Source of the DNA: an uncultured Acidimicrobiales bacterium
GTDB taxonomy: Bacteria; Actinomycetota; Acidimicrobiia; Acidimicrobiales; VFJN01
Reading direction: 5' to 3'
DNA: 64,000 nucleotides
Assembly: GCA_963842395.1 (NCBI GenBank)
Contig: CAWJGJ010000002.1
Location: forward strand, 1,397,720-1,461,719
The notes under the pieces were generated by a model. The model ran no database searches and was not told where the DNA came from. It worked only from the letters and a program-made list of their open reading frames with translations. Positions 1 to 10,382 of the stretch are shown one piece after another. The translations under genes were made by a program, and so were the position numbers. The stretch's first letter is position 1; every line of letters starts with the position of its first letter.

Positions 1-93
1 GGTCACGATCTCGCAGTCAAGCCAAATCGCAACCACGCCACCGTAAGGTCTTCGGCCCATCACCGGGCCTTCAAGCGGGATCGGAGGGCAGGG

Positions 94-858
94 ATGGCGA
101 TCACGGACTCCTCGCAGGCGGCGACCTCACCGAACCGTGTGGCGGCGGCCACGGTCGACGCAGTCAAGGTGTATGGCAGCGGCTCGACGGAGGTTCGTGC
201 CCTCGATGGTGTGACGGTCGCGTTCGATACCGCACGGTTCAGCGCGATCATGGGGCCGTCCGGCTCGGGCAAGTCGACGCTGTTGCATTGCATCGCGGGA
301 CTCGACTCGCTGACCTCCGGCATCGCGCTCATCGGTGATACGGACCTCAGCGAGCTCGACGACAACCATCTGACGGTCCTGCGCCGCGACCGTGTTGGCT
401 TCATTTTCCAGGCCTTCAACCTGATCCCGACCCTGACCGCGTACGAGAACATCACACTTCCGCTGACGCTCGCGGGACGCAAAGGTGACCGCGGCTGGAT
501 CGACGGTGTGATCGACACTGTTGGGCTCGGTGACCGGCTCGACCATCGTCCGAGCGAGCTGTCCGGCGGGCAGCAGCAACGGGTCGCAGTCGCCCGAGCG
601 TTGGCGAGCAGACCGCAGATCATCTTCGCCGATGAGCCGACGGGCAACCTCGACTCACACGCGGGCGCCGAGGTGCTCTCGTTCGTGCGCCGGGCGGTGG
701 ACGAGATGGGCCAGACGATCGTGATGGTGACACACGATTCGGTCGCGGCCAGCTATGCGGACCGGATCGTCTTCCTGGCCGACGGCCGCGTCGTGGACGA
801 GATGCAGGAGCCGACCGCGGAGCGGGTCCTCGACCGGATCAAGCGGCTCGGAGAGTGA
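94..858 (+). CDS. ABC transporter ATP-binding protein (MacB/LolD type)
   Basis: 254-aa ORF with Walker A GPSGSGKST, ABC signature LSGGQQQRVAVARAL and Walker B IIFADEPT. GGAGGG SD lies upstream. A 3-nt gap separates it from the permease gene. Confidence 0.9.
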   Translation: MAITDSSQAATSPNRVAAATVDAVKVYGSGSTEVRALDGVTVAFDTARFSAIMGPSGSGKSTLLHCIAGLDSLTSGIALIGDTDLSELDDNHLTVLRRDRVGFIFQAFNLIPTLTAYENITLPLTLAGRKGDRGWIDGVIDTVGLGDRLDHRPSELSGGQQQRVAVARALASRPQIIFADEPTGNLDSHAGAEVLSFVRRAVDEMGQTIVMVTHDSVAASYADRIVFLADGRVVDEMQEPTAERVLDRIKRLGE

Positions 859-861
859 CCC

Positions 862-3408
862 GTGCTGCGCACGACGTTCAAGAGCCTCGCAGCCCACAAG
901 TTTCGTCTCTTCGCGACCTCCCTTGCGGTCACGCTGGGCGTGGCGTTCATGGCAGGGACGCTCGTCCTGACCGACACCATCCAAAAGACGTTCGACGACC
1001 TGTTCTCGGACATCTATGACGACACCGACGCCGTCGTGCGGGCCGAGGGCGCATTCGACTCGGCAGGCATCGAGCAACGCGGGCGGCTCGACGCCTCGCT
1101 CCTCGAGACCGTCTCGGACGTCGACGGGGTGGATGTCGCGCAGCCCGACATCCGCGGCTACGCGCAGCTCGTCGACAAGGACGGCGACGCCGTCGGCGAC
1201 CCGGAGAACGGGCCACCCACGCTGGGCGGAAACTGGATCGACTCCGAGGAGCTGAACGGCTTCGAGATCTCGGATGGCAGCCCACCGAGTACCGACGACG
1301 AGGTGGTCATCGACAAGAAGAGCGCGGACGACACGGGTTACCGGGTCGGTGACACGGCGCAGGTGCTGGTGAAGGGCGGGCCACAGGACGTGACCATCAC
1401 CGGCATCGCGCAGTTCGGTGATGCCGACTCGCCTGGTGGTGCGTCGTTCGTGCTGTTCACCCTGGACGCTGCGCAGCGGCTGATCGCCGAGGAGGACAAG
1501 TTCGACAGCATCTTGGTGGTCGCCGACGACGGGATCTCGCCGACCGAGATCGTGCAGCGCATCGCGCCCGAGTTGCCCACTGGCACCGAAGCAGTCACGA
1601 GTGACGAGGTCACCCAGGAGAGCCAAGACGAGATCAAGGAGGGCCTCAGCTTCTTCAACACCTTCATGTTCGTGTTCGCCGCCATCGCTCTGCTCGTCGG
1701 TGGCTTCATCATCTTCAACACGTTCTTCATCACGGTCGCGCAACGCACACGGGAGAACGCGCTGCTGCGTGCGCTCGGTGCCAAGAGGCGACAAGTACTC
1801 ATGGCTGTGCTCGTGGAGGCGCTCGCCGTCGGCCTGATCGCGTCCGCGGTCGGAATCGGTCTGGGCATCCTCGTGGCGGCAGCTCTCAAGTCGCTCCTCG
1901 CTGCGCTCGGCTTCGAGCTGCCTGGTGGGGGGATCGTCCTCACCTCCACCACCGTCATCGTCTCGCTGGTCGCGGGTGTCGGCGTCACACTCGTCGCTGC
2001 GATCTCCCCGGCCCGGCGGGCCGGCAGGGTGCCACCCGTCGCCGCGATGCGCGAGGTCGCCGTGGGCAGCACCGGGTACGGCTCGAAGCAGCGCATCGTC
2101 GTGGGCTGCATGCTCCTCGCAGCCGGCGGCGCAGCGCTCGGCTACGGACTGTTCGGCTCGCCCGGCAGCCCGATCCTGATGGTCGGCGCGGGCGTACTTC
2201 TGGTGTTCTTCGGCGTCGCGGCACTGGGCCGAACCGTGGCCTTGCCTCTGAGTCGGTTCATTGGCTGGCCCCTGCCGCGCCTGTTCGGGATCAGGGGGCA
2301 GCTCGCCCGCGAGAACGCGATGCGCAATCCGAGGCGCACGGCGGCGACGGCGTCGGCGGTGATGATCGGTGTCGGGCTCGTCGCGTTCATCTCGATCTTC
2401 GCGGCATCGGCCAAGGCGTCCTTCGGCACCGTCATCGACCGGGCCTTCACCGGAGACTTCGTCATCACGTCGCCGGCCGGCCTAGCAGGCGGCGGCCTGG
2501 ACCCGAGACTCGCGGCCTCGTTGAACGAGCTGCCCGAGGTCGACGCGGCCGGCGCGATCCGCGCCGGTGTGGCCGAGATCGACGGCAGCGCCACGCAGTT
2601 GCTGGCCGCGAGCGACGAGGCGTTCGACGTCGTGGACGTCGACCCTGTGGCCGGTTCGCCCGCCGACCTCGGCGCCGACACCATTGCGGTGTTCGAGGAC
2701 GTCGCCAAGGACAAGAATCTGTCGATCGGCGACACCGTGTCGGTCGTGTTCAAGGACACGGGTGCTCAGGAGCTGACGGTCGCACTGATCTACGGCGAGT
2801 CGCAGCCGGCCGGCGACTGGCTGCTCGGCACCGAGACGTTCGAGGCCAACGTCGACGACCAATACGACTACCAGGTGTTCGTGAGGAAAGCGGACGGCGT
2901 CGACACTCCGACCGCGCGCGCCGCGATCGAGCAGGTAGCCGACGGGTACCCGGGAGCGAAGGTCCTCGACCAGTCGGGCTACGAGGCCGACCAGACGATG
3001 TTCATCGACCAGCTGCTCGGGCTCATCTACGTCATGTTGTTGCTCGCGATCTTCATCGCCCTGCTCGGCATCGCCAACACGCTCGCCCTGTCGATCATCG
3101 AACGCACGCGGGAGCTCGGCATGATGCGCGCCGTCGGCATGACGCGCGGTCAACTCCGGTCGATGATCCGCTGGGAGTCGGTGATCATCGCGATCCAGGG
3201 CACGTTGCTCGGCATCGTCGTCGGCGTGTTCTTCGGTTGGGCGCTCGTCACCGCGCTGGCAGACGAGGGAATCGAGACGTTCCGGCTTCCCGTCGCCACC
3301 CTGTTGGTCATCGTCGTGCTCGCGGCGGTGGCCGGCGTGCTCGCGGCCGTGTGGCCTGCTCGTCGGGCCGCGAAGTTGGACGTGCTCCGCGCCGTCGTGA
3401 CGGAGTAG
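862..3408 (+). CDS. ABC transporter permease, FtsX/MacB-like with duplicated 4-TM modules
   Basis: 848-aa intact ORF with GTG start. It has two FtsX-type TM bundles separated by large extracytoplasmic domains, and is directly coupled to the ATPase gene. Confidence 0.85.
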   Translation: MLRTTFKSLAAHKFRLFATSLAVTLGVAFMAGTLVLTDTIQKTFDDLFSDIYDDTDAVVRAEGAFDSAGIEQRGRLDASLLETVSDVDGVDVAQPDIRGYAQLVDKDGDAVGDPENGPPTLGGNWIDSEELNGFEISDGSPPSTDDEVVIDKKSADDTGYRVGDTAQVLVKGGPQDVTITGIAQFGDADSPGGASFVLFTLDAAQRLIAEEDKFDSILVVADDGISPTEIVQRIAPELPTGTEAVTSDEVTQESQDEIKEGLSFFNTFMFVFAAIALLVGGFIIFNTFFITVAQRTRENALLRALGAKRRQVLMAVLVEALAVGLIASAVGIGLGILVAAALKSLLAALGFELPGGGIVLTSTTVIVSLVAGVGVTLVAAISPARRAGRVPPVAAMREVAVGSTGYGSKQRIVVGCMLLAAGGAALGYGLFGSPGSPILMVGAGVLLVFFGVAALGRTVALPLSRFIGWPLPRLFGIRGQLARENAMRNPRRTAATASAVMIGVGLVAFISIFAASAKASFGTVIDRAFTGDFVITSPAGLAGGGLDPRLAASLNELPEVDAAGAIRAGVAEIDGSATQLLAASDEAFDVVDVDPVAGSPADLGADTIAVFEDVAKDKNLSIGDTVSVVFKDTGAQELTVALIYGESQPAGDWLLGTETFEANVDDQYDYQVFVRKADGVDTPTARAAIEQVADGYPGAKVLDQSGYEADQTMFIDQLLGLIYVMLLLAIFIALLGIANTLALSIIERTRELGMMRAVGMTRGQLRSMIRWESVIIAIQGTLLGIVVGVFFGWALVTALADEGIETFRLPVATLLVIVVLAAVAGVLAAVWPARRAAKLDVLRAVVTE

Positions 3409-3490
3409 GTCGCCCTGAGGCGCGAGCGCAGATCCGCCGAGGCGTGCCCGAGCATCCGCGGGCACTGCCTCTGCGTTCGCCCGCGTCTAA

Positions 3491-4081
3491 GTGAGATCGA
3501 AGTCGCCGGTGGCACCATGCGCGGATGGCGTGGCAGGACTGGTCGTGAAGGGCCGCGGGCGGCTCGGCGCAGTCGTCGCCGCGGTGGCGGCGCTCGCCAT
3601 CGCCGGACCGGCGGTGGCGGCGCTGTCGGGCGGTGGGGGCGGACCAGGCGACGACGCCACCGGGAGCAAGCCGACGACCGAGACCACCGAATCGGACAAG
3701 CCCGCGCCCGTAGTGACCGAGCCCGAACCCGACCCGCTGTGCGTCGCCCACCAGGCGCGGGTGGCATCGATCACGGCCCTGGGGGCTGTGGACAGCCCCA
3801 CCGACCGTCAGGCCTTCGTCCTCGCCGAGCTGACCTTCTACTCGGCCACCGCGGCGCAGGAACCCGAGCCCGACGCCACCGCCTTCCGGATGTTCGCCCA
3901 GTACTTCGAGGCGCTGCGGGTCTTCTACGAACCCCGCGGCTGGGAGAATGCCGACCTGAGCGAGATCGCCGAGGTGCCCCGGCCGCCGGCCGGCGACTCG
4001 GGGACCAGGACCAACGAGGTCCTCGCCGAACGGTGCGGAGTCGCTGCTCCGACCGACACACCCGTGGAGGTGACGCCATGA
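3491..4081 (+). CDS. hypothetical membrane-anchored or secreted protein
   Basis: 196-aa ORF with GTG start. N-terminal hydrophobic segment LGAVVAAVAALAIAGPAVAAL is followed by a Pro/Thr/Glu-rich linker. Its stop overlaps the next start (ATGA at 4078-4081). Confidence 0.5.
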   Translation: MRSKSPVAPCADGVAGLVVKGRGRLGAVVAAVAALAIAGPAVAALSGGGGGPGDDATGSKPTTETTESDKPAPVVTEPEPDPLCVAHQARVASITALGAVDSPTDRQAFVLAELTFYSATAAQEPEPDATAFRMFAQYFEALRVFYEPRGWENADLSEIAEVPRPPAGDSGTRTNEVLAERCGVAAPTDTPVEVTP

Positions 4082-4905
4082 CGATCGATGTCGAGGCCTT
4101 CGTGAAGTTCGAGGCCGCAGGGTTCTCATCCAAGGCGGCGGCGTACCAGCGACACTTCGGCGATCTCACGGGACAGTTCGCCGAGCCGCTCCTGGACGCG
4201 GCCGGCGTGAGCAAGGGCTCCAGGGTCCTGGACGTGGCCTGCGGCCCCGGCCAGGTCGCCGCGCAGGCGGCGGCGCGGGGAGCGTCGGTCGTCGGGGTCG
4301 ACGTCTCGGCCGGCATGGTCGAGCTGGCGCAGCGGCTGCACCCGGACGTCGAGTTCCGCGTCGGCGACGCGCATCGGCTCGCCGACCGGGACCGGTCGTA
4401 CGACGCGGTGGTGGCCAACCTCGTGGTGCCCCACCTCGCCGACCATGCCCGGGGCGTGGCCGAGATGAGCCGCGTCCTCGTCGACGGCGGCCGCCTGGCC
4501 CTGTCGACCTGGGACGCGCCCGACCGGTCGCCGTTCCCCGGCGTGATGTTCCTGGCCGTGCAGGAGGCCGCAGCTCCTCCGGTCGCAGGTCTACCGGCAG
4601 GTCCGTCCTTCTACGGCTACGCCGACGACGGCACCTTCGCCGCCCTGCTCGCCGACGCCGGGCTGGTCGACGTCGAGGTCCGCGACGCGGCCTTCACGTG
4701 CACGGCGCCGTCGGTCGACGCGGTCTGGGAGTCGTTGCTCGAAGGCACCGTCCGGGCGGCGGCCCTCGTCGAGGGCCAGAGCGCCGCGGTTCGGGGCGAG
4801 ATCCGCGGCGCCTTCGACCGTCTCGTCGCCGCCTACGCCACCGACGACGGGCTGGAGCTCCCGATCGTCGTCAAGATCGCCTCCGGTCGCCGCCCCTCTG
4901 GCTGA
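4078..4905 (+). CDS. class I SAM-dependent methyltransferase
   Basis: Motif I VLDVACGPGQVA and post-I VVGVDVSAGMVELA are present, with good GC3 from ATG 4078. The longer ORF-track start at 3517 is an Arg-rich wrong-frame extension. Confidence 0.85.
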   Translation: MTIDVEAFVKFEAAGFSSKAAAYQRHFGDLTGQFAEPLLDAAGVSKGSRVLDVACGPGQVAAQAAARGASVVGVDVSAGMVELAQRLHPDVEFRVGDAHRLADRDRSYDAVVANLVVPHLADHARGVAEMSRVLVDGGRLALSTWDAPDRSPFPGVMFLAVQEAAAPPVAGLPAGPSFYGYADDGTFAALLADAGLVDVEVRDAAFTCTAPSVDAVWESLLEGTVRAAALVEGQSAAVRGEIRGAFDRLVAAYATDDGLELPIVVKIASGRRPSG

Positions 4906-4969
4906 CGGGTCGCACCGCCGACGGACAGCCCGGCTGACTTTCGCCTTCCGGTAGCGCCAATCTGGAGGC

Positions 4970-7876
4970 ATGGGCGCAACCAGGCGGGTGCTCGAACACA
5001 AGGTCACGGTGCCGCCGACCGCGGGCGCCATCGCCCGGCCCGAGCTGGTGGCTCGCTCGCTCGCATGCCAGGTCGCGTTGCTCACGGCGCCCGCCGGGCA
5101 CGGCAAGACCTACCTGGCGGCCCAGATCGCCGCCGCGAGCGGCGGCCCGACCGCGTGGTTCAGCGCCGACGACCTCGACCAGGACACCCTCGGGGTGGTC
5201 GAGCACATGCTCGCGGCACTGGCGCGCGCCTGGCCCGACGCCGCCAGCCCCTCCGCGACGCTGACCGACGACGCTGCCGCGCTCCCCGTGCTGGCCGCGA
5301 CGATCGAAACTCTGGCCGGGCCGGGTTGCCTGGTGCTCGACAACGCCCACCTCGTCGGCCGGGCCCTGCTCGACGCCGTCGTCGGTGCGGTGCTCGCGGC
5401 CCTGCCCTCCCCCTGCCACCTGGTCGTGTGCACGCGCGACGCCGTGACGCCCGCGCTCCTCGAAGCCGAGGGAGCCCGCCGGGCGGTGATCGTCGGAGCC
5501 GGCGAGCTGGCCTTCACCGTCGACGAGTGCGCAACGATCCGCGGCGTCGATGCCGGCGAGGCGCGCGAGCGGCATCGCCGCACGGGCGGGTGGCCGCTGG
5601 CGGTGGCGCTGGCGAGCGGGACCTCCGGCGCGGACGGCGGCCGCCTCGACACCCTGACCGAGCTGGCGCTCGCCGACCTGCCGGGAGCCGTCAGGCCCCG
5701 CCTGACAGCGATGGCCCGTCTGCCCGATGTCCCGGCCGGCATTCTCGTCGGCTCGGGCGTCACCGCCGTCGACGAGTTCGCCAGCGCCCATCCCGCGCTG
5801 ATCGAACGGCTCGGCGACGACCGCTATGCCGTGCGCGGCTGGCTCCGCCACTCGCTCGGCACCGAGGCCGTCGACGCCTCCGTGGTCACCGAGCTCGCCA
5901 CGCAGCTGCAGCGGTGCGGCGAGGGCGAGATGGCCGCCCATCTCCTGCTGGCCTGCGACCGCACCGGCGACGCCGTGCCTCTCATCGCCGAGCTGGCCAG
6001 GGGCGCAGCACGGGAGGGACGTTGGGAGCGGGTGAGCACGCTGGTCACCCGGATACCGGGACCAACGAGGACGATCGAGCTCGAGATCCTCGCCACACGC
6101 GCGGCCGGCGTGCTCGGCGCCCCGGACGAGCCGGCCCTCGTCGACCTCGTGAACAGGACCGAGGGCGCCGAGCCGAGCCTCTCCCTGCGGGCCCGGGAAG
6201 CCCTCGCCGACCACTACCGGATGACAGGCGACCTGCGATTCCTCGAGGTGTGCGAGGCCGCCCTCGGCGACGTCCTCACTGCTCCCGAGCCCGAGGCGCG
6301 GCTCCTGGACAGGTGGCCCCACACCGACCTCTCCTCCGACGATGCCGCCCTGGCCGGGGAGATGTTGCGCTTCTACGGCCACGGGCTGATCTTCGCCGCC
6401 GACCGCGAGGCCATCGAGCGCGGCCGACGGCTCGTCGTGGCCTCGTTCGCCGTGGCCCGGAGGGTCGGCCGCAGCGTGGTGTCCCCACAAGCCTGGTTCC
6501 TCTACGTCGAGGCGCTGCTCTATCTGCGGCCCCCTGCCGAGGTCGTCCCCCGGATCGCCGCCGTGACCCGATGGCTGCAGGACCGCGGGCACGGCGACGC
6601 CGCCCTTCGCTTGGCCGAGCTGGCCGTCCTCGAGTACGTCATGGGCGACTTCCCCGCGGCGAGCCGCACCGTGGAGATCGGCCTGGAGTGGGCAGATCTC
6701 ACCGGCTACTCGATCGCACGGCCACCGCTGCATGCCGTCGCCGCCGCCGTCGACGTCGTCCGGGGCGGTCACACCCACGATCGCGCCGCCCGGTTCGACG
6801 ACGCGCTGGTCGAGATGGCGTCGGAGCCCCGCCTGGCGTTCTACGTGCCGGCGTACGCGGCCGAGTTCGGGATCCTGCTCGTGGCACAGGGTGCGGTGGA
6901 TGCGGCGCAGCGCTACCTCACGCAGGCGGAGGAGCCGGCGCCGGCCCTCGTCAGCCACCTGTGGACCCTGCGCAGCCGCCGCCTGCGCGGCCTGCTGGAT
7001 CTGTCGGGCCACCGCGCTGCCGAGGGTCGCGCCGTCCTGGAGGCGCTGCGTGAAGAAGCCGCCGCGCACGGACGGATCGCACTCGTCGAGTTGCTCGACG
7101 CCGACTTGTCCCCGGCACCGCAACCGCCAGCCACGCCGGCGACGGCGGATGCGCAGCCACTCGTGACCGTCCGGGTCCTCGGGCCCGAGCTGATCGCCAC
7201 CGTCGAGGGTGAGCCCGTCACCGGCCTGCGGGGGTACCCGGCGAAGCTGCTCGCACTGCTCGTGGCGTCGGGGGGCGTGATGACCGTGGACGCCGCGATC
7301 GAGGGGCTGTGGCCCGACGCCGATCTCGTGATCGGGCGCAACCGCCTGCACGGCATCCTCCTGCGGCTCCGGCGCACCCTCGGCCTCCCCGCCAGCGGTC
7401 CCATCACCTGCGCCGACGACCTGGTCCGGCTCAGCAGGGACGGCCCGCTCGTCGTCGACAGCTGGGCGTTCGAGCGGGCCGGCACCGCGGGCAGCCGCCT
7501 GGCGGACTGGCAGGCCGTCGCGCGCTACGGCGATGGGGTGCTCACCCACCAGTTCGCCTATGACGACGCCATCGAGGCCTACCGCCGGTCGACACGGACC
7601 GCGTTCCTACACACAGCGTCCGAGCTGCTGGCCGACCCGGCGACCGCGCCCGAGCCCGAGGCCGCCGTCGCCCTGGCCTGCGAGGTCGGGCGCCTCGCAC
7701 CCGACAACGAGTCGCTGTGCCTCCTGGCGGTCGACGTGTTGGTCCGCAACGGCCACACCGCCGAGGCGGGCGAGCTCGTCCGTCGCATCGCACATGCGCT
7801 CCACAGCCTCGGGATCGACCCGGCCGGCTTCGCCGCGGCCGCCCGCCGACTCACGGCCGATCGGCCGATGCCCTAG
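4970..7876 (+). CDS. STAND/MalT-like P-loop ATPase regulator with C-terminal SARP-type winged helix plus BTAD
   Basis: 968-aa intact ORF. N-terminal segment ARPELV...LLTAPAGHGKTYLAAQ...WFSADDLDQD resembles the MalT N-terminus, followed by a helical repeat middle. The C-terminal segment VRVLGPELIATVEGEPVTGLRGYPAKLLALLV...GLWPD is OmpR/SARP-like and is followed by a BTAD-like helical region. Confidence 0.7.
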   Translation: MGATRRVLEHKVTVPPTAGAIARPELVARSLACQVALLTAPAGHGKTYLAAQIAAASGGPTAWFSADDLDQDTLGVVEHMLAALARAWPDAASPSATLTDDAAALPVLAATIETLAGPGCLVLDNAHLVGRALLDAVVGAVLAALPSPCHLVVCTRDAVTPALLEAEGARRAVIVGAGELAFTVDECATIRGVDAGEARERHRRTGGWPLAVALASGTSGADGGRLDTLTELALADLPGAVRPRLTAMARLPDVPAGILVGSGVTAVDEFASAHPALIERLGDDRYAVRGWLRHSLGTEAVDASVVTELATQLQRCGEGEMAAHLLLACDRTGDAVPLIAELARGAAREGRWERVSTLVTRIPGPTRTIELEILATRAAGVLGAPDEPALVDLVNRTEGAEPSLSLRAREALADHYRMTGDLRFLEVCEAALGDVLTAPEPEARLLDRWPHTDLSSDDAALAGEMLRFYGHGLIFAADREAIERGRRLVVASFAVARRVGRSVVSPQAWFLYVEALLYLRPPAEVVPRIAAVTRWLQDRGHGDAALRLAELAVLEYVMGDFPAASRTVEIGLEWADLTGYSIARPPLHAVAAAVDVVRGGHTHDRAARFDDALVEMASEPRLAFYVPAYAAEFGILLVAQGAVDAAQRYLTQAEEPAPALVSHLWTLRSRRLRGLLDLSGHRAAEGRAVLEALREEAAAHGRIALVELLDADLSPAPQPPATPATADAQPLVTVRVLGPELIATVEGEPVTGLRGYPAKLLALLVASGGVMTVDAAIEGLWPDADLVIGRNRLHGILLRLRRTLGLPASGPITCADDLVRLSRDGPLVVDSWAFERAGTAGSRLADWQAVARYGDGVLTHQFAYDDAIEAYRRSTRTAFLHTASELLADPATAPEPEAAVALACEVGRLAPDNESLCLLAVDVLVRNGHTAEAGELVRRIAHALHSLGIDPAGFAAAARRLTADRPMP

Positions 7877-7933
7877 TGCCGCGATCGGCATTTTCTTGGT
7901 TCTTCGTTCCGTCCCAGATCCGAGCGCCCCGCC

Positions 7934-8070
7934 CCGTCGGACATCGTCGGAGAGGACGGGTCAGGCGAGCTGGCCGAGACCAAGGAGGTCGTCGGCGGCT
8001 ACACGATGATCACCGCCGAGGACTACGACGAGGTCGCCGAGCTGTGCCGCCGCATCGCCGAGTGCTTGTG
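7934..8070 (+). pseudogene. remnant of a YCII/DGPF-domain protein (C-terminal part only)
   Basis: By hand translation the frame is open from 7877 and reads ...PSDIVGEDGSGELAETKEVVGGYTMITAEDYDEVAELCRRIAECL*. This resembles the DGPF..E.KE..GGF.li.a.d.deA core. There is no usable start codon, and a low-GC patch lies upstream. Confidence 0.3.
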
Positions 8071-8198
8071 AGCGTGCCCGGGTGGCAGGGCCGTGCGCGC
8101 CCCTTGACGTACCCTGACGACCCGGATGCACAAGCCAGCACACGGCGCGCCGATTCATGAGGGCGTGCCCCGGGCCGGGCGTGCGAGGGGGTGAACTG

Positions 8199-8768
8199 AT
8201 GGCTGAGCCTGAAGCAGGCGACAGCGCGACGAGGTTCCGCGGCATGCCGCCGCCACCGCCGCCGATCGTGCCGGTGCCGAGCGTGGAGGCCGCTCAGGGG
8301 CGCGCCGCCGAGGCCACGGGTGGCCTCGAGGCGACGATGCTCCGCGCGACGTCGTTCTGCGACGAGGAGCGCCACCGCAGCGTCAACGACGAGTGGTCCA
8401 CGGTCGACTCGCTGAGGCACGTCGTGCTCATCGTCGATCTGTGGCTGTCGAAGATCATCCTCGGTGAGCAGGATCCGTTCCACCCGATGGCACTCCCACC
8501 CACGTTCATGCCGCCCAAGCTGCCCGGCTCGTCCATCGACCCCGACGCACGGCCCACATTCGACGAGGCGTGCGACGTGGTGGGGAGCCGGCTCGCCACC
8601 GTCCGCACGTACATCGACACGCTCACGCCCGCCGACCTCGAGCGGCCCGTCAACGCGCACGCCAAGACCGTCGGCGGCGCGCTGGATGTGCTCCTCGGCG
8701 AGATGACGGCGCACAACCACTTCATCAACCGCGACCTCGACATCATCGAGGCATCTCAGTCGAGCTAG
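8199..8768 (+). CDS. DinB-family (DinB_2 / mycothiol-maleylpyruvate-isomerase N-terminal-like) protein
   Basis: Segment EWSTVDSLRHVVLIVDLW plus C-terminal HNHFINRDLD are typical of DinB four-helix-bundle proteins. ATG 8199 is preceded by GAGGGGG 7 nt upstream. The ORF-track start at 8157 is an alternative. Confidence 0.65.
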   Translation: MAEPEAGDSATRFRGMPPPPPPIVPVPSVEAAQGRAAEATGGLEATMLRATSFCDEERHRSVNDEWSTVDSLRHVVLIVDLWLSKIILGEQDPFHPMALPPTFMPPKLPGSSIDPDARPTFDEACDVVGSRLATVRTYIDTLTPADLERPVNAHAKTVGGALDVLLGEMTAHNHFINRDLDIIEASQSS

Positions 8769-8838
8769 TGCCGCGTGAGGCAATGGTCGCCCTGTCCAAC
8801 GGGACTTGCGGCGCACCCCTCTGCCAGGCGAGCAGAGC

Positions 8839-8862
8839 GCCGGTCAGGTGCTCCTGACCGGC
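8839..8862. terminator. bidirectional stem-loop between convergent genes
   Basis: Perfect 10-bp stem GCCGGTCAGG/CCTGACCGGC with loop TGCT, located between the DinB-family gene (+) and pafA (-). Confidence 0.5.
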
Positions 8863-8897
8863 GAGATCAGCGTTGTCATCTGGCGTGGGAAGCCGGG

Positions 8898-10256
8898 CTA
8901 GAGGCTGGCGATCAGGCGGTCGACCCGCTCGTCGTGCGAGCGGAGGGGGTCGTTGCAGAGGACCGTGCGCTGCGCTTGGTCGTTGAGCTTCAGGTGGACC
9001 CAGTCGACGGTGTAGTCGCGCTTGCGTTCCTTGGCCCGACGGATGAATTCGCCCCGGAGGCGGGCCCGGGTGGTCTGGGGTGGGACCTCGACGGCCTCGT
9101 CGATCGCCTCGTCGCTGGCCACCCGCTCGACCAGCCCGCGCTCCTGCATCTTGTAGAAGAGGCCCCGGCGTCGGTCGATGTCGTGGTACTGCAGGTCGAT
9201 CAGCGCCACCCGTGGGTCCGACAGCGGCAGCTCGTGCCGGGCGCTGTACGACTCGATCAGCTTGTGTTTGATCACCCAGTCGACCTCACGGTCGAGCGAC
9301 AGCGGGTCGTCGGCGAGACGGGTGAGGCAGTGCTCCCACATCTGCAGCGCCTGGGCCTCCAGCGGCGAGAGGTCGCGGGTCTCGGCGTAGCGCTGCGCTC
9401 GCTCCAGGTACTCGGACTGGATATCGAGCGCGGAGGCCTCCCGCCCGTTCGCCAGTCGGACCAGGCGCTTCATCGTCGGATCGTGGCTGATCTCGCGGAT
9501 GGCCCGAATCGGGTTCTCGAGGGTCATGTCCCGCAGCACGAACGTCGGGTCCTCGAGCATGCGCAGCAGGATCGACGTCGCCCCCACCTTGAGGAACGTC
9601 GCGTACTCGCTCATGTTCGAGTCGCCCACGATGACGTGCAGCCGGCGGTAGCGCTCGGCATCGGAGAGGGGCTCGTCGCGGGTGTTGATGATCGGCCGGC
9701 TGCGGGTCGTCGCCGAGGACACGCCCTCCCAGATGTGCTCGGCCCGCTGGGCGATGCAGAACATCGCACCCCGGGCCGTCTGCAGCACCTTGCCCGCCCC
9801 GGCGTAGATCTGCCGCGAGACGAAGAAGGGGATCAGAACCTCGGCGTAGTGGCCGAAGTCGTCTCGCCGCGAGGTCAGGTAGTTCTCGTGGCAGCCGTAG
9901 GAGTTCCCGGCCGAGTCCGTGTTGTTCTTGAACAGGTAGACGCTGCCCCGGATGCCCTCGTCGCGCAGCTGCTGCGACGCCGAGACCAGGAGCTGCTCGA
10001 GTATCCGCTCGCCAGCCTTGTCGTGGGTGACCAGGTCGAGGATCGAGTCGCACTCGGGCGTGGCGTACTCGGGGTGACTGCCCACGTCGAGGTACAGGCG
10101 AGCCCCGTTGGCCAGGAACACGTTGCTCGACCGGCCCCACGACACCACCCGGCGGAACACGTCGCGCGCCACCTCGTCGGGGCTGAGGCGCCGCTGCCCC
10201 CGCAGGGTGAACGTGATCCCGTACTCGTTCTCGAGCCCAAAGATCCGCCGCTCCAT
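8898..10256 (-). CDS. pafA: Pup--protein ligase PafA
   Basis: 452-aa ORF. It is colinear with my recollection of mycobacterial PafA: GLENEYG..., [115 protein letters not shown]. Confidence 0.93.
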   Translation of the reverse strand: MERRIFGLENEYGITFTLRGQRRLSPDEVARDVFRRVVSWGRSSNVFLANGARLYLDVGSHPEYATPECDSILDLVTHDKAGERILEQLLVSASQQLRDEGIRGSVYLFKNNTDSAGNSYGCHENYLTSRRDDFGHYAEVLIPFFVSRQIYAGAGKVLQTARGAMFCIAQRAEHIWEGVSSATTRSRPIINTRDEPLSDAERYRRLHVIVGDSNMSEYATFLKVGATSILLRMLEDPTFVLRDMTLENPIRAIREISHDPTMKRLVRLANGREASALDIQSEYLERAQRYAETRDLSPLEAQALQMWEHCLTRLADDPLSLDREVDWVIKHKLIESYSARHELPLSDPRVALIDLQYHDIDRRRGLFYKMQERGLVERVASDEAIDEAVEVPPQTTRARLRGEFIRRAKERKRDYTVDWVHLKLNDQAQRTVLCNDPLRSHDERVDRLIASL

Positions 10257-10382
10257 GACGGCAACCTACCGCCGCCCACGGCGCTCCCTCGGGCCAGGCA
10301 AAGTCCGGTGTCCCAACGGGCGCCGCCACGGTCTCGGCCGAGCTCCGGCCATCAGACACGATGGAACAGGCGGGCGGCCAGC

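Noticed and set aside
4871-7549. 892-aa ORF on the minus strand opposite the STAND regulator. Similar very long ORFs occur at 11857-15447 (-), 22128-25139 (+), 8775-10394 (+), 39736-42261 (+), 27232-29040 (+) and 34199-36430 (-).
   Set aside because: They are Arg/Gly/Pro/Ala-rich products without motifs. They lie antisense or out of frame to genes with clear family signatures and better third-position GC. Such stop-free shadow frames are typical of very high-GC DNA.
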